A stretch of 64,000 bases of DNA from Macrostomum hystrix (GCA_950097015.1 CATNEN010000038.1:21266001-21330000), one strand, 5' to 3'; counted from the first letter of the stretch, positions 47,343-59,700 are shown. Numbers and translations: made by a program. Notes: generated by a model from the letters alone, not told the origin.

Positions 47343-48975
47343 GTTCTTATTCTTGTTTCCCTTTTGTCGCCGTGAGGCATGGGAACCCGAGGTCATTCGT
47401 CGCATTTCCGTCTGTGTCTGGCCATGTTGGTCGCAGCTATCCATCCAGCTATCTACCGCAGCCGTCACATTTCTTGGTCTTGCCTCTGTACTTTCTGGCT
47501 GTTCCTGGGTCCTCTAACCGTTCTTCGTTCGTCGTCGGCGGCGACTTAGCAGCTCCTCCGGTACATGTTCTTCTATGGCGAGCGAGGTTCGTCTTGCTGA
47601 TTTCTCTGCTGCATTCCTTGCACTTAACTCTCGTGGCGTCGTTACTTACTTCCGTTTCTCCCTTACAGACTTTCGAATGGTTCCTCCAGGTGGCTTCTTG
47701 TTGGAACGTTCTTTCGCATTTCTTGCATCGGAATGTAATGGTTTTTATTCCTGGTCTTTGTGACAGTTTTTGAATGGTAACATTGTAGGAATATTTCTAA
47801 TAATTTGCTGAATCATTCTATCGTATTTACTGTTCGTTCGTTTAACATCGTTCATTTACTGTACATTGCTGATTACGTAATCGCAACTGACATAAATACA
47901 ACAAGCACGGCCTCACGGGGCCTTCGTAGAATCTGGTTTCACACCGCCAAATACCGCGTGTTACAGGAATACCACGGGGTTCTCGATCTGGCGGTGCATT
48001 CGCTTCTGGTGAATTATTGTTAGTCCTCCCTTACTTTTGCATATTTTACCACATTCCTCGTATTCGCAACGGAAGCCTGTGATGTCTGCTTCCTCTCTTG
48101 TTGGCCCTATGTTTCTAACTAGTTGTGCGGTCTCGGAGCGTTTACCTATAGTACTCGTTCCCATCGCTCGATCTGATATGTTCTAGCCCTGATCCACCTT
48201 CTCCAACCTTCTCTGTCCATCACCAGACGTTCGACTTCGTTCATTTCCAAACCGCCCTCACGAATCAGTTTCATCCAATAGTTGATGGTGTTGCTCTTTC
48301 TCCACCGAGTTTTCTTAAGCCGCTCTAATCCTTGGTGCCAGCCTATCACCGCTCGTTTAGTTTGTCGTTCATCTGGCATCCTGAGTATGTGGCCGATACG
48401 TATTAGGTGGCCCTTCTCGATTTTCGGCCGGACTGTGGTGATCTTGAGTTCGTTTGACGATTTTTGACGATTTCACCGAAGCGATTTCCATGAATTTTCG
48501 CGCTGCGGACGTTCCAGGTTATTATCCTGAAGCTTTCTTCCATAGCCTGCTTTTTGTAGGTTCTGATCTTGGCCTCCCGACGTCTGATTCTTCTCCGTCT
48601 CCTCCTCACCTGTCTCTGTTTCTTGCATTGTACTAGCTGTCTTATAGGTCCTGGGTTCTTTTCGATGGTCTGTAACCTCCACTCCGTCTCTTGTCTCCAC
48701 CTTCGCTCGTTTTTGTTGTTGTCTTCTGTTATTTTGCACTTTTTTGGGTTTTCGTTCTTTCTCTTTCGCTTGTCTTTTTTCCTCATACTCGGTTCTTTGC
48801 GTCTCCCTCGCTCACTCACAGGTTTTCAACGGTTGTGCCATCTTTTCCTCGCTGTTTCATTTTCCCTGCACTCCTTGCATTCACTGCGCTCCTTCCGCCA
48901 GCCTCCGCTTTCCTCCTTTCCTTCCTCGGGTTTTTCAGCCTTGATTTTAGCGACGTCAGGGTTGGCCAGTTCCTT
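47343..48975 (-). mobile_element. Internally deleted, degenerate RTE-like non-LTR retrotransposon
   Basis: APE start FRIITWNVRS is joined almost directly to the RTE-type C-terminus GHILRMPDERQTKRAV...YWMKLI...MDREGWRRWI, followed by zinc fingers (CEYEECGK..HQKRMH, CKKCERTF..H..VC, CKECSREISKTNLARHRRTC, CDGC). No RT domain. Short aagaataagaa tail. Confidence 0.75.
47734..47965. mobile_element. Solo LTR (232 bp) inserted into the LINE remnant
   Basis: TGTAA...TTACA ends, 4-bp TSD ggaa on both sides. Removing it restores the LINE frame ENPVVF|RCKKC. Confidence 0.85.
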
Positions 48976-49436
48976 ACAGGTAGGCTACAACCCCTTAACA
49001 GGCTACAACACCTTTACAAGGCTACAAACACCTTATTAGGCTACAATACTTTACTTGGCTACAATTACGTTACTAGGCTACAACACCTTACTAGATAAAG
49101 CGGAAAATTTTAGCCAATGTTGTGGATTACGATGGCGATTGGTTAAAAATCGGGAGTCAAAGAAAGAAATGTAAATTGCAAGCATTTGATAAGATGTAGC
49201 TCCTTTGTCTTTCTATTGTTTATCATTCACCATTTTCACTCCATTATTATATTTTGAAGCGATAATTTCAAATATGAGATATATGAAAACCTTTATTGAC
49301 GTAAAGCACAAAGCAATACTGTTGAATGGCTTATTGTAAATCCAATGTCAATTCAATTTTAAATTCAGGTTATAAAATGTCAAGGTGGAATTCACCACTC
49401 AGCTCATGCAGCAACTTGACCCTCCGGCTGACAGCC

Positions 49437-52400
49437 TTAGACCCTGGGGTCGGACACTCGACCGACAAAGATCGGCACCTGGCGCCTTTTTCCGTCACTA
49501 TCGGCGACTTCTCGCGCCACAATGACTAGGAAGGGCTGGTTGAATGCAATGAATACAATGCTTGGCGACTCTGAGATAATTGTGCCTGCCGCCACGCCGG
49601 TGGCTGCAGCTCCTTCAGCGCCAAACTCGTCCCACTGCAGCACAGCTTTGTGGAAGATGCCACTGACGAACAGTTCCCCAGGTTTCAGGGCGATGCCGCT
49701 GAGGTCCGCGCTGTCGGAAAATAAATCGCGAACTCCTAGCTTCGGAAGGTAGTCAGCGTTTGAGAGGTCCGTCGAAGAAGAAAAATTCAACTGAAAGCGT
49801 GTGAGAACGCCAGCATTTGAGAGGCCGCTTTTTTGTACATCGACAGAATAACAAAAACTCAACAGTATTCCACCCACGATATCCTAACTCTTATCCTCAT
49901 TCTTATCCTACAAACCCCAATGTCCTACAAACTATCGACAATGTCCTACAAACTCTCGACAATTTCCTACAAACTCCCGACAATTTCCTACAAACTCTCG
50001 ACAATTTCCTACAAACTCTCGACAATTTCCTACAATCTCTCGACAATTTCCTACAAACTCTCGACAATGTCCTACAAACTCTCGACAATTTCCTACAAAC
50101 TTTCGACAATGTCCTACAAACTCTCGACAATGTCCTACAAACTCCCGACAATTTACTACAAACTCCCGACAATTTACTACGAACTCTCGGCAATTTCCTA
50201 CAAACTCTCGACAATGTTCTGAAAACTGTGACTGTGTCTGAGCAACTGTAAACTCTTCTGATTGCCCACTAGTTCTCAACTAAAATGTAGCTCCTTTGTC
50301 TTTCTACTGTTTATCATTCACCATTTTCACTCCATTTGTATATTTTGAAGCGATAATTTCAAATACGAAATATGAAAACATTTATTGACGTAAAACACAA
50401 AGCAATACTGTTGAATGGCTTATTGTAAATCCAATGTCAATTCAATTTTAAATTCAGGTTAGAAAATGTCAAGGTTGAAATCACCACTCAGCTCATGCAG
50501 CAACTTGACCCTCCGGCTGACAGCCTTAGACCCTGGGGTCGGACACTCGACCGACAAAGATCGGCACCTGGCGCCTTTTTCCGTCACTATCGGCGACTTC
50601 TCGCGCCACAATGACTAGGAAGGGCTGGTTGAATACAATGCTTGGCGACTCTGAGGTAAAGCCTATCGCCACGCCGGTGGCGACAACAATATTCCACCTA
50701 CGATATCCTAACTTTTATCCTCATCCTTATCCTACAAACCCTCGACAATCCCCTACTCAATCCCGACGATGTCCTACAAACTCCAGAAAATTTCAATCCC
50801 AAACCAACTCTAGTTAATGGCTTTCAGACTCTTAACAATTTCCTACAAACTCTCGGCAATGTCCTGAAAACTCTCGACAATGTCCTGAAAACTCTCGACA
50901 ATGTCTTGAAAACTCTCGACAATGTCCAGAAAACTGTAGACGGTGTCTGAGCAACTGTAAACTCTTCTGATTGCCCACTAGTTCTCAACTATGTCCTAGA
51001 AATGCTCAACCGACGCCCGAGCATATTTTTCTTAAACACAGACGCGCAAAGCCAGTGCTGACCTTCGGCAGGCTGACATGAGCGCGCATATTCTCGCCGG
51101 GCTTATCCACCAGCCGCTGCCAGTCGGCCTCGGACATGCCGGCCAGCAGGGCGTCAAGACCATGCCTCTGCTCTGGCAGCACCGCCAGCATCGACATCCG
51201 CTGGGAGCCGGTGTCGTTGAATTCGAAGCGCACGCCGGTGAGCACATTGTCGAAGTTGACAATCTGGAAGTAGTCTTCTCTTTGCATCATCGGCACGAGA
51301 ACCGAGGCGCTAGTCGAGGCGCTCAGCTCAAAGGGTGCGTCGCTCGTGTCACTGGGATTGAAGGGCAGCGTCCACTTAGCTGGTGGGAAAACGGTTATTC
51401 AAGCACTTTTGTAATGATCTTACTAATAATTAGATTATAATAGATTATTATTCAGTCCAAGATTGTGAGTGTGCTCACCATTGAAGTACAGAGCGTTTGC
51501 CAGCACCAAGCGAGTACTACTGGTGATGGAGTCCTCTGGAAACAGTTCGGGTATCTTGTCCCTGGTGACCATTGCTATCCACTTGTTGATTCGCGTACGC
51601 TCCGAATCGGCGGAATATTGGAAGTCGGCCTGCCGATTTTCGTGAAACATGCAACCCATGGTTAAAGCTTTGGACTCTTAAAACTAGAGGTCTGGGGGTT
51701 TGTAGCCTAGTGGTTAGAGCGTCGGACTCACGACTTGAAGGTCTAGGGTTCGATTCCTGACTCCACTGGAACAATTTGTGTCCTTTGGCAAGACAATAAA
51801 CTCTGTATTGCTTCAGTTCACTCAGCTGTTAAATGTGTGCCAGCATTTTTGCTGGGTTAATCGAGGGTGGGTTGTGGCGTCCCCCCAGTCCATGGACTGA
51901 ACAGCCACTGGCAGCCTTCAGATGCGCCGCACGATAGCTGCGGCTGCTGGCTACATACATGGCCCGAATGGGGTAGGTGTGATAAATTGTCAGTGTGAAT
52001 CATTTTATCTGCAGTTAGAATTGCAGCCTTTGGGTAAAACTTTTTGAGTCGTTGCTAATCAAGGCACTTTATAGCCACTGCTCTAGTCTAACAATGTCAA
52101 GGTTCAATTAGCAAAGGTAGAAACTTGTGGCATAGATATTACTCACGATCACACACTTACAGGTGTGAAAAAAATTGGTCAGGTAAACAAAAGCAATCAA
52201 TGCGAGATCTCACCTTGAGCACAGTTGCGTTGAAGCGGTCCCTCAGCGCAGCCAGGAAGGCCGGCCGCACCTCCAGCCCGGCATCAATGAAGGCCCGGTT
52301 GGCGGACAGGAGGCCGGACTGCAGGCGCTCTCCGCCGCCGTCGCCAGCCGGAGCAGCGGCGGCCAGCATCCTGCCCAGCGCCGACTCCAGCTGGTTGAGC

Positions 52401-53037
52401 ACTGCCGGACTCAGCGGCGGCTGGCCAGAGTCGCGAATCAGGTGCATGGCGGACAGCATCTGCTGCAGAGTCTCCTTCTGGGCGCCCGGCAGGACCATGC
52501 TCAGCGCGGCGAAGATCGAGAGAGGCGAGAACAGGATGTTCTTGCCTGCAAGATGGTGAGTGGTTTGCTGGCAGTGCAATATTTCATGGCTGTCAGCCTA
52601 CTTTAAACTGTTCAAATCTGCGTCTAAAGCTTGATTGGCTAAGGGAGACGGGAAAAAATCACGTGACTTTCTAAATTTAGAAACTGACGTCAGAAAAACG
52701 TTTGTTGCTAAAAATAGCAGCTGACGCATATGGGAGAATTCTAGGAAATGCAGACTTGTAGCGAACGATGCGAAATTGCTTCTTTTTTTAGAAATAGCGT
52801 TTAGGAATCTATCGTAGAGAAGGATTAGAGCTAAAAAGCTATCTCAGCGAGAGTCGACTTCTCTCAAGCCCAATTCTGCCCATTTAGTGACGGATCCATA
52901 AGATCTCACGGATCTTGAGACTCACCTGCGTGTGCCTGGGCAAATGCTCCATAGAGACCTAGTGCGAAGGTGCTGTGAGCTGAGAATGGATCTACTGTAC
53001 TCGGCCAGTGACTAACTAGAGCTGCCACTTGCGCCAT
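49437..53037 (-). CDS. Serpin A (intracellular serine protease inhibitor), 5 exons
   Basis: Exons 53037-52926, 52545-52214, 51629-51479, 51379-51063, 49790-49437 (phases 1,0,1,0). HSTFALGLYGA, KNILFSPLSIF, INKWI, LVLANALYFN, VPMM, LPK, hinge EFGAEGAAAT, FNQPF, FVGRV. No signal peptide. Confidence 0.9.
49915..50225. repeat. 21-bp minisatellite in serpin A intron 4 (shorter sister array at 50700-50935)
   Basis: Unit cctacaaactctcgacaatKt. Confidence 0.9.
50526..50684 (-). pseudogene. Duplicated, 5'-deleted serpin A terminal (RCL) exon
   Basis: Reads ATGVAIGFTSESPSIVFNQPFLVIVAREVADSDGKRRQVPIFVGRVSDPRV* with its own copy of the 3'UTR. The acceptor and about 190 nt of exon are missing relative to 49790-49437. 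Confidence 0.8.
51694..51971 (+). mobile_element. tRNA-derived CORE-like SINE, copy 2 (serpin A intron 2)
   Basis: gtagcctagtggttagagc A box, ggttcgattcc B box, then tgtgtcctttggcaagaca...cttcagttcactcagctgttaaat. Confidence 0.85.
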
Positions 53038-53931
53038 TGGCTGAAGCCAAACTATTCGTTAGCTGAAACCGAAGGTTGATCTTGGCTTGACTTACTCCTG
53101 AATGCGCCAGATTAGCTCTGAAGTGGTTGCGGACATATAGAAAATTTTTGCCAATAAATAGAAGAAAACATAGCAACGTGCTCCCATATGTCCTACTCAT
53201 TAGTTACATAATCGAGTTGGTAAAGTTAGTCGACGCCTCTTGACGTGCATCAATTGATATTTGCGGGTGGGCTTTTGGAAGTGGAGGTAAGGCACGCTGG
53301 CCTTCGCACACTAACCATTTGCACGATTTCGAAGAATTGAGAGAATGTTTTTGTTTTTCTGCTGATCAATTTGCATCTGCTCAAAACTAAACTATTTTAA
53401 ATAGAAGAATCTTGAGTTAGAGGGCCGTGTAAAAATCCAACTGCATTGATCAGTTCGATAGGGGGCATTTGAACGATGGGTAATGACCGAGTTGAAAGTA
53501 AACCACTCGGATCAACATTTTACACCCTCTGCGATGAACTGACTTTCAAAGCCGTCCGATGTCAGCATCGTCGAGATTCTTGTCGAAGACCTTGGTGACA
53601 AGGACAACTAACATTTCTCTGTATAAACCTCTGTGGCGAATGAATATGTGTTTAATTGTCTAAAACCTGAGCTTGGAAGTGTGAAACGGTGAAGTGTGAA
53701 GAGCTTAATCGTTGATCCGAGAACCGTTGAGTAAGTCGACGATGCCGATGCTTTGTATCATAATAATAGAAGTTGTTTCATCAGATAGAAAGGAAGATTT
53801 TAGGTAGAATACTTTTTGGACATACAGATAAAAAGAATATTGTAGTTATTCGAAATATTTGAAAAAAAACATGACACTTTTTCGTGTGTCTCATACTTTG
53901 GCAACTGTTAGGCAATACATTTAGACTCTTT

Positions 53932-54415
53932 CTGCGATTCTAGCTGCGATTCTAGCTGCGATTCTAGCTGCGATTCTAGCTGCGATTCTAGCTGCGATTC
54001 TAGCTGCGATTCTAGCCTTGACTCTTGACTCTAGCTGTGATTCTAGCTGCGATTCTAGCTGCGATTCTAGCTTTGACTCATGACTCTAGCTGCAATTCTA
54101 CCTGCGATTTTAGCTGTGATTCTAGCTGCGATTCTAGCTGCGGTTTTAGCTATGATTGCTGCTGCAATTCAAGTTATGCTTCTACCTGCGATTCTAGCTG
54201 CGATTCCAGCCTTGACTCTAGCTGCGATTATAACTGCGATTCTAGCTTTGATTCTAGCTGCGATTCTAGCTGCAATTCTAGCTGCGATTCTAGCTGCGAT
54301 TCTAGCTGTGATTCTAGCTGTGATTCTAGCTGCGGTTCTAGCTATGATTGCTGCTTCAATTCAAGTTATGCTTCTAGCTGCGATTCTATCTCTGACTCTT
54401 GCTGCGATTCCTGCT
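53932..54415. repeat. 12-bp minisatellite between the serpin genes
   Basis: Unit gcgattctagct with degenerate variants. Confidence 0.92.
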
Positions 54416-54810
54416 GATATTCTGGTTGTGACCCCAGCTATTTGATTGGCATATCGAGTTGAAGTCAACATGTTAATCGATTCTTTCAACATGCAACTTA
54501 GTAAGAATACTATTATGTATCACAAACGTGTTTTCGTTAGTTTTGCCAGCAATAATTATAAATCAAATGAGGTGCATGTTGTTTGTCAATATTTATTTAA
54601 ACGACTACGAAGTGACTTTAGCAGAGCATTGCGCTCCGCATGTGCAGACCAGGATTTGTAGAAACATATAAATTGCAACCTGGTATAGTAGATTGGCTAT
54701 ATAAGTTGGTGCACAAATCGTGAAAGCTTTGATGAGCCGACAAAAAATTTAAGCTTCTATAATATTTCACTAAGAAAGAGAAATAATAATTTTAAGAAAG
54801 CAATCAAGCA

Positions 54811-57800
54811 ATGGAGCTGATTGGAAATGTAGAAACAGCAAACGTGAGTTTAGGAGCGTTAAGACCACCAACTCTGGTTCAGCCCTTTCTGGCGCACAAC
54901 GCTTTCGCACTGAGCCTATTCGGTGCCTTAGCTCAGGCCGATTCAGGTGAGATTCAGCTTTAGTTCTGTTCAGAGACACCATCGTTTAAATTTGGGGTCC
55001 TTCATAGAGAATTTCCTAGGAGCTATTTCTAAAAGTAGAAACAATTTCGTATCGTTCGCTACAAGTCTGCATTTCCTAGGATTCTCCCATATGCGTCAGC
55101 TGCTATTTTTAGCAACAAACGTTTCTCTGACGTCAGTTTCTAATTTTAGAAAGTCACGTGATTTTTTCCCGTCTCCCTTAGCCAATCAAGCTTTAGACGC
55201 AGATTTGAACAGTTTAAAGTAGGCTGACAGCCATGAAACATTGCACTGCCAGCAAACCACTCACCATCTTGCAGGCAAGAACATCCTGTTCTCGCCTCTC
55301 TCGATCTTCGCCGCGCTGAGCATGGTCCTGCCGGGCGCCCAGAAGGAGACTCTGCAGCAGCTGCTGTCCGCCATGCACCTGATTCGCGACTCTGGCCAGC
55401 CGCCGCTGAGTCCGGCAGTGCTCAACCAGCTGGAGTCGGCGCTGGGCAGGATGCTGGCCGCCGCTGCTCCGGCTGGCGACGGCGGCGGGGAGCGCCTGCA
55501 GTCCGGCCTCCTGTCCGCCAACCGGGCCTTCATTGACGCCGGGCTGGAGGTGCGGCCGGCCTTCCTGGCTGCGCTGAGGGACCGCTTCAACGCGACTGTG
55601 CTCAAGGTGAGATCTCGCATTGATTGCTTTGTCACTGAGGCAATTGTTGAATTGTAAGAATTTTTTTATATAGACTTTAGTTATAATAATTCCTATTGAT
55701 AATTGATTACACCTTCCTAAATTGGGCCAGATGTGCAGCGAAACGGCGCAGCTATTGCGCTACGCATCTGAAGACTGCTCTGACGGCTGTTCAGTCCATG
55801 GACTGGAAGAAACGCCACACCCTCAGTTACCCCAGACAATGCTGGTAGCCATTTAACAGCTGAGTGAACTGAAGCAATCCAGAGTTTAGTGTCTTGCTAA
55901 AGGACTCAGATTGATCCAGAGCAGTCGCGAATCGAATCCCCGACCTTCAAGTCGTTAGTATGCCCTGACTCTATTCCGGTCCATTAACGATCGATTCATC
56001 GCCATCCCGCAGGCCAACTTCAGCGCCGATCCCGAAGCTGAGCGCGTTCGCATCAACGAGTGGATTGCCGCGGCTACCCGGAACAAGATCACGGAGCTGC
56101 TGCTGCAGGGCTCCATCAGCAGCCTCACTCGCCTGGTTCTGGCCAACGCTCTGTACTTTAAAGGTCAGTCAGTCAGCCACATGTAGAGCCAGTGGGCAGT
56201 GGCACAGCTGCAGCTTTTGTGCGGCGCAAAGCTTGTGTACAGCTGTCCAGTCCATGGACTGCGGACGGGCACAATAGTTTTAACCTATCTTGTCCTGAAA
56301 ATGCACTTTACAGATGGGAAATTCTGATGCACTGCTAGGAGAAACACAGATAACTTCTGCACTATTAGAAATCTGGATAAATTCTCTATTTTTAGTTGAA
56401 GCTCGTGTGTCTACCTGTTTTAGCTGGCAAGCTGTGCTTTAAGTATGCTTTAAAGCAGCACACCAATTTTAATTTTTTATGATGAAAATTCTCGCAGCCA
56501 AATGGGCTGTGCCCTTCGATCCGAAGTCCACAATGGACGGCCGCTTCGAGTTGAGCGCCTCGGCAGCTCCTATCTCCGTGCCGATGATGCGCAGCGAAGC
56601 GCAGCGCTTCCGCATCGTCTCCATCCCGGATCTGCTCATCGGTGTGCGCTTCGACTTCAACGACACCGGCTCCCAGCGGATGTCGATGCTGGCGGTGATT
56701 CCAGAGGAGAGACACGGCCTGGACGCTCTGCTGGCTGGCATGTCCGAGGCGGACTGGAACCAGCTTGTCAACAACCCGGGCAAAGAGATCAAAGCGTATG
56801 TCAGCCTGCCCAAGGTGCGTTAAATTAGAATAGAAACTTTTAGCAAACTTTTGTGAGCCGTGCTGAGAAGGCTTGGGGGCTTGTTGAGCAATTTACACCC
56901 ACGAGGGCCAACCTTCAAGGCACAACCCCCTTACTAGGCTACAACCACCTTACTAGGCTACAACCACCTTACTAGACTACAAACCCCTTACTAGGCTACA
57001 ACCACCTTACTAGGCAACAGCCCTTTACTAGACTACAATTCCCTCACTAGGCCACAATTTCCTTTCTAGGCTACAACCCCTTAACAGGCTACAACCCCTT
57101 TACAAGGCTACAAACACCTTATTAGGCTACAATACTTTACTTGGCTACAGTCACCTTACTGGGCTACAATTCCCTTACTAGGCTACAGTCACCTTACTAG
57201 GTACAATTCCCTTACTTGGCTACAGTCACCTTACTAGGTACAATTCCCTTACTTGGCTACAGTCACCTTACTAGGTACAATTCCCTTACTTGGCTACAGT
57301 CACCTTACTAGGTACAATTCCCTTACTTGGCTACAGTCACCTTACTAGGTACAATTCCCTTACTTGGCTACAGTCACCTTACTAGGCTACAATTCCCTTA
57401 CTTGGCTACAGTCACCTTACTAGGCTACAATTCCCTTACTTGGCTACAGTCACCTTACTAGGCTACAATTCCCTTACTTGGCTACAGTCACCTTACTGGG
57501 CTACAATTCCCTTACTTGGCTACAGTCACCTTACTAGGCTACAATTCCCTTACTTGGCTACAGTCACCATACTGGGCTACAATTCCCTTACTTGGCTACA
57601 GTCACCTTACTGGGCTACAATTCCCTTACTTGGCTACTGTCACCTTACTAGGCTACAATTCCCTTACTTGGCTACAGTCACCTTACTGGGCTACAATTCC
57701 CTTACTTGGCTACAGTCACCTTACAAGGCTACAATTCCCTTACTTGGCTACAGTCACCTTACTAGGCTACAATTCCCTTACTTGGCTACAGTCACCATAC

Positions 57801-58177
57801 TAGGCTACAATTCCCTAAATCGAATGCAATTATTTCAGGTGAAACTGGCAGGTAAAGTGGAGCTATCTGACTATCTGCCGATGCTAAACATCACGGACCT
57901 GTTTGTCCCAGGTCTGGCTGACCTGAGTGGCATCGCTCAGACCTCCGGTGAACTGTGGGTCAGCAGCTTCGCTCACCAGGCCGCGCTAGAGTGGGACGAG
58001 TTTGGCGCTGAAGGCTCTGCTGCCAGTGCCGCAGTGATCAGTGCTCGAATGGCGCCAATGCTGATTGAATTTGATCAGCCCTTCATAGTGATCATCTCAA
58101 GCGAGGTTGTCAACGCAGATGGCAAGTTGAGCCAGGTTCCAGTCTTCATCGGTCGCGTATCAGATCCTAGGGGTTGA
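54811..58177 (+). CDS. Serpin B (intracellular, predicted P1 Arg), 5 exons
   Basis: Exons 54811-54946, 55275-55606, 56013-56163, 56498-56814, 57839-58177. Internal exon sizes 332/151/317 are identical to serpin A. HNAFALSLFGA, LVLANALYFKAKW, RCL EFGAEGSAASAAVISAR-MAP, FDQPF, FIGRV. Confidence 0.9.
55718..55955 (-). mobile_element. tRNA-derived CORE-like SINE, copy 3 (serpin B intron 2, head truncated)
   Basis: Reverse complement acgacttgaaggtcggggattcgattc...tagcaagacactaaactc...cttcagttcactcagctgttaaat...cagtccatggactgaacagcc. Confidence 0.8.
56915..57815. repeat. 18-19-bp / 38-bp dimeric minisatellite in serpin B intron 4
   Basis: Unit ggctacagtcaccttactaggctacaattcccttactt. Confidence 0.93.
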
Positions 58178-59134
58178 CAATTACGTCCCTTTGTGTGACG
58201 TGCTTCTAGAAACAGTTCAAGGCCGATTTACGTGAAGTTTTCGTGCTTTTTATCATTTTTTGTGCTCCGATACTTTTGGAGTTATTTTATTTACCTGTGC
58301 ATTACTTTGGTAAAACAAATGAAAACTAAATTCATTATACTTTTATTCACAAAAAATATATATTATACCTTAAAACTTCACTCCTAAACGTTGTTTTGAA
58401 AGTTTTCAAAGACTTCACGACGTTCTGTTCCACTCGTAGTTTAGCTGGTAACGATGCAGTGTACCTGATAATTAACAGAATATTTCATTTTCATACTCGT
58501 ATTGTTCCATTTATTCTTGGATGGCCAATAAATATATCGAAAAGGCTACGGAATTCTTATACGCAATTATTAAATATTTATTTTATATATTTATAACAAA
58601 TGTTTTAAACGGTAGAACTGATTACACAGTTTTTACGAGCCATAAAAATATTTTCTGAGCAAAAATGTCCTAATTATAATGACTTGAGTGCAGAGCAGAA
58701 GGAAATTTGTTAATATCATATCAGGTTCGCACATAATGGGGGGTAAATAGAACTCTTGTTACTTGTTTAAATGCGTGATAACCAAAGGTCACATTTTGTA
58801 ACTTTACGAATCAACATCGTCGCTTTTGTTCTGCACAAAGCTTTTGAAGATTTTGCCCTGCGCAGATCCACAAGTAATCTTTAATTATAAAATCAATTAC
58901 GAATTAGCAATCGGTTGATTCCAAAGCTAATAAATATTTTACTTTGAAATACTGACGATTTCTGTTAGATTAAAGTGCAACATGCTCATTTGCTGTCCGA
59001 AATTTCGACACATCACGCAATAAATAAAGTACTCTATAGTATTTTCACAGCTGTTAAAACTAACTTCTAACGGACTTAAGTCACAATAATGTTATTGCCT
59101 CAACCACGTGCATTGATAGCAGTGAGTTGATGCA

Positions 59135-59700
59135 ATAGACAAGACACTATGGTGAGAGAAGGAGTGAGGTGGATATCTCAGCCATGTACACTGTTAAGTA
59201 GGGTGTGGATGCCATAGACAAGACACTATGGTGAGAGAAGGAGTGAGGTGGATATCTCAGCCATGTACACTGGTAAGTAGGGTGTGGATGCCATAGACAA
59301 GACACTATGGTGAGAGAAGAGGAGTGAGGTGGATATCTCAGCCATGTACACTGGTAAGTAGGGTGTGGATGCCATAGAAAAGACACGATGGTGAGAGAAG
59401 AGGAGTGAGGTGGATATCTCAGCAATGTACACTGGTAAGTAGGGTGTGGATGCCATAGAAAAGACACGATGGTGAGAGAAGAGGAGTGAGGTGGATATCT
59501 CAGCAATGTACACTGGTAAGTAGGGTGTGGATGCCATAGACAAGACACGATGGTGAGAGAAGAGGAGTGAGGTGGATATCTCAGCCATGTACACTGGTAA
59601 GTAGGTGTGGATGCCATAGACAAGACACGATGGTGAGAGAAGGAGTGAGGTGGATATCTCAGTAATGTAGATTGGTAAGCAGGGTGTGGATGACATTGAC
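59135..59700. repeat. 79-81-bp tandem repeat
   Basis: About 7 copies of gccatagacaagacacgatggtgagagaag(ag)gagtgaggtggatatctcagccatgtacactggtaagtagggtgtggat. Confidence 0.93.

Noticed and set aside
51694-51770. tRNA gene
   Set aside because: Has A and B boxes but poor acceptor and anticodon stem pairing, and continues into a shared SINE body found three times in the window.
55233-55274. ATG at 55233 (and its mirror near 52587) as the serpin start
   Set aside because: Out of frame with the serpin. The region is intron 1 ending in cttgcag, and true first exons with helix A lie at 54811-54946 and 53037-52926.
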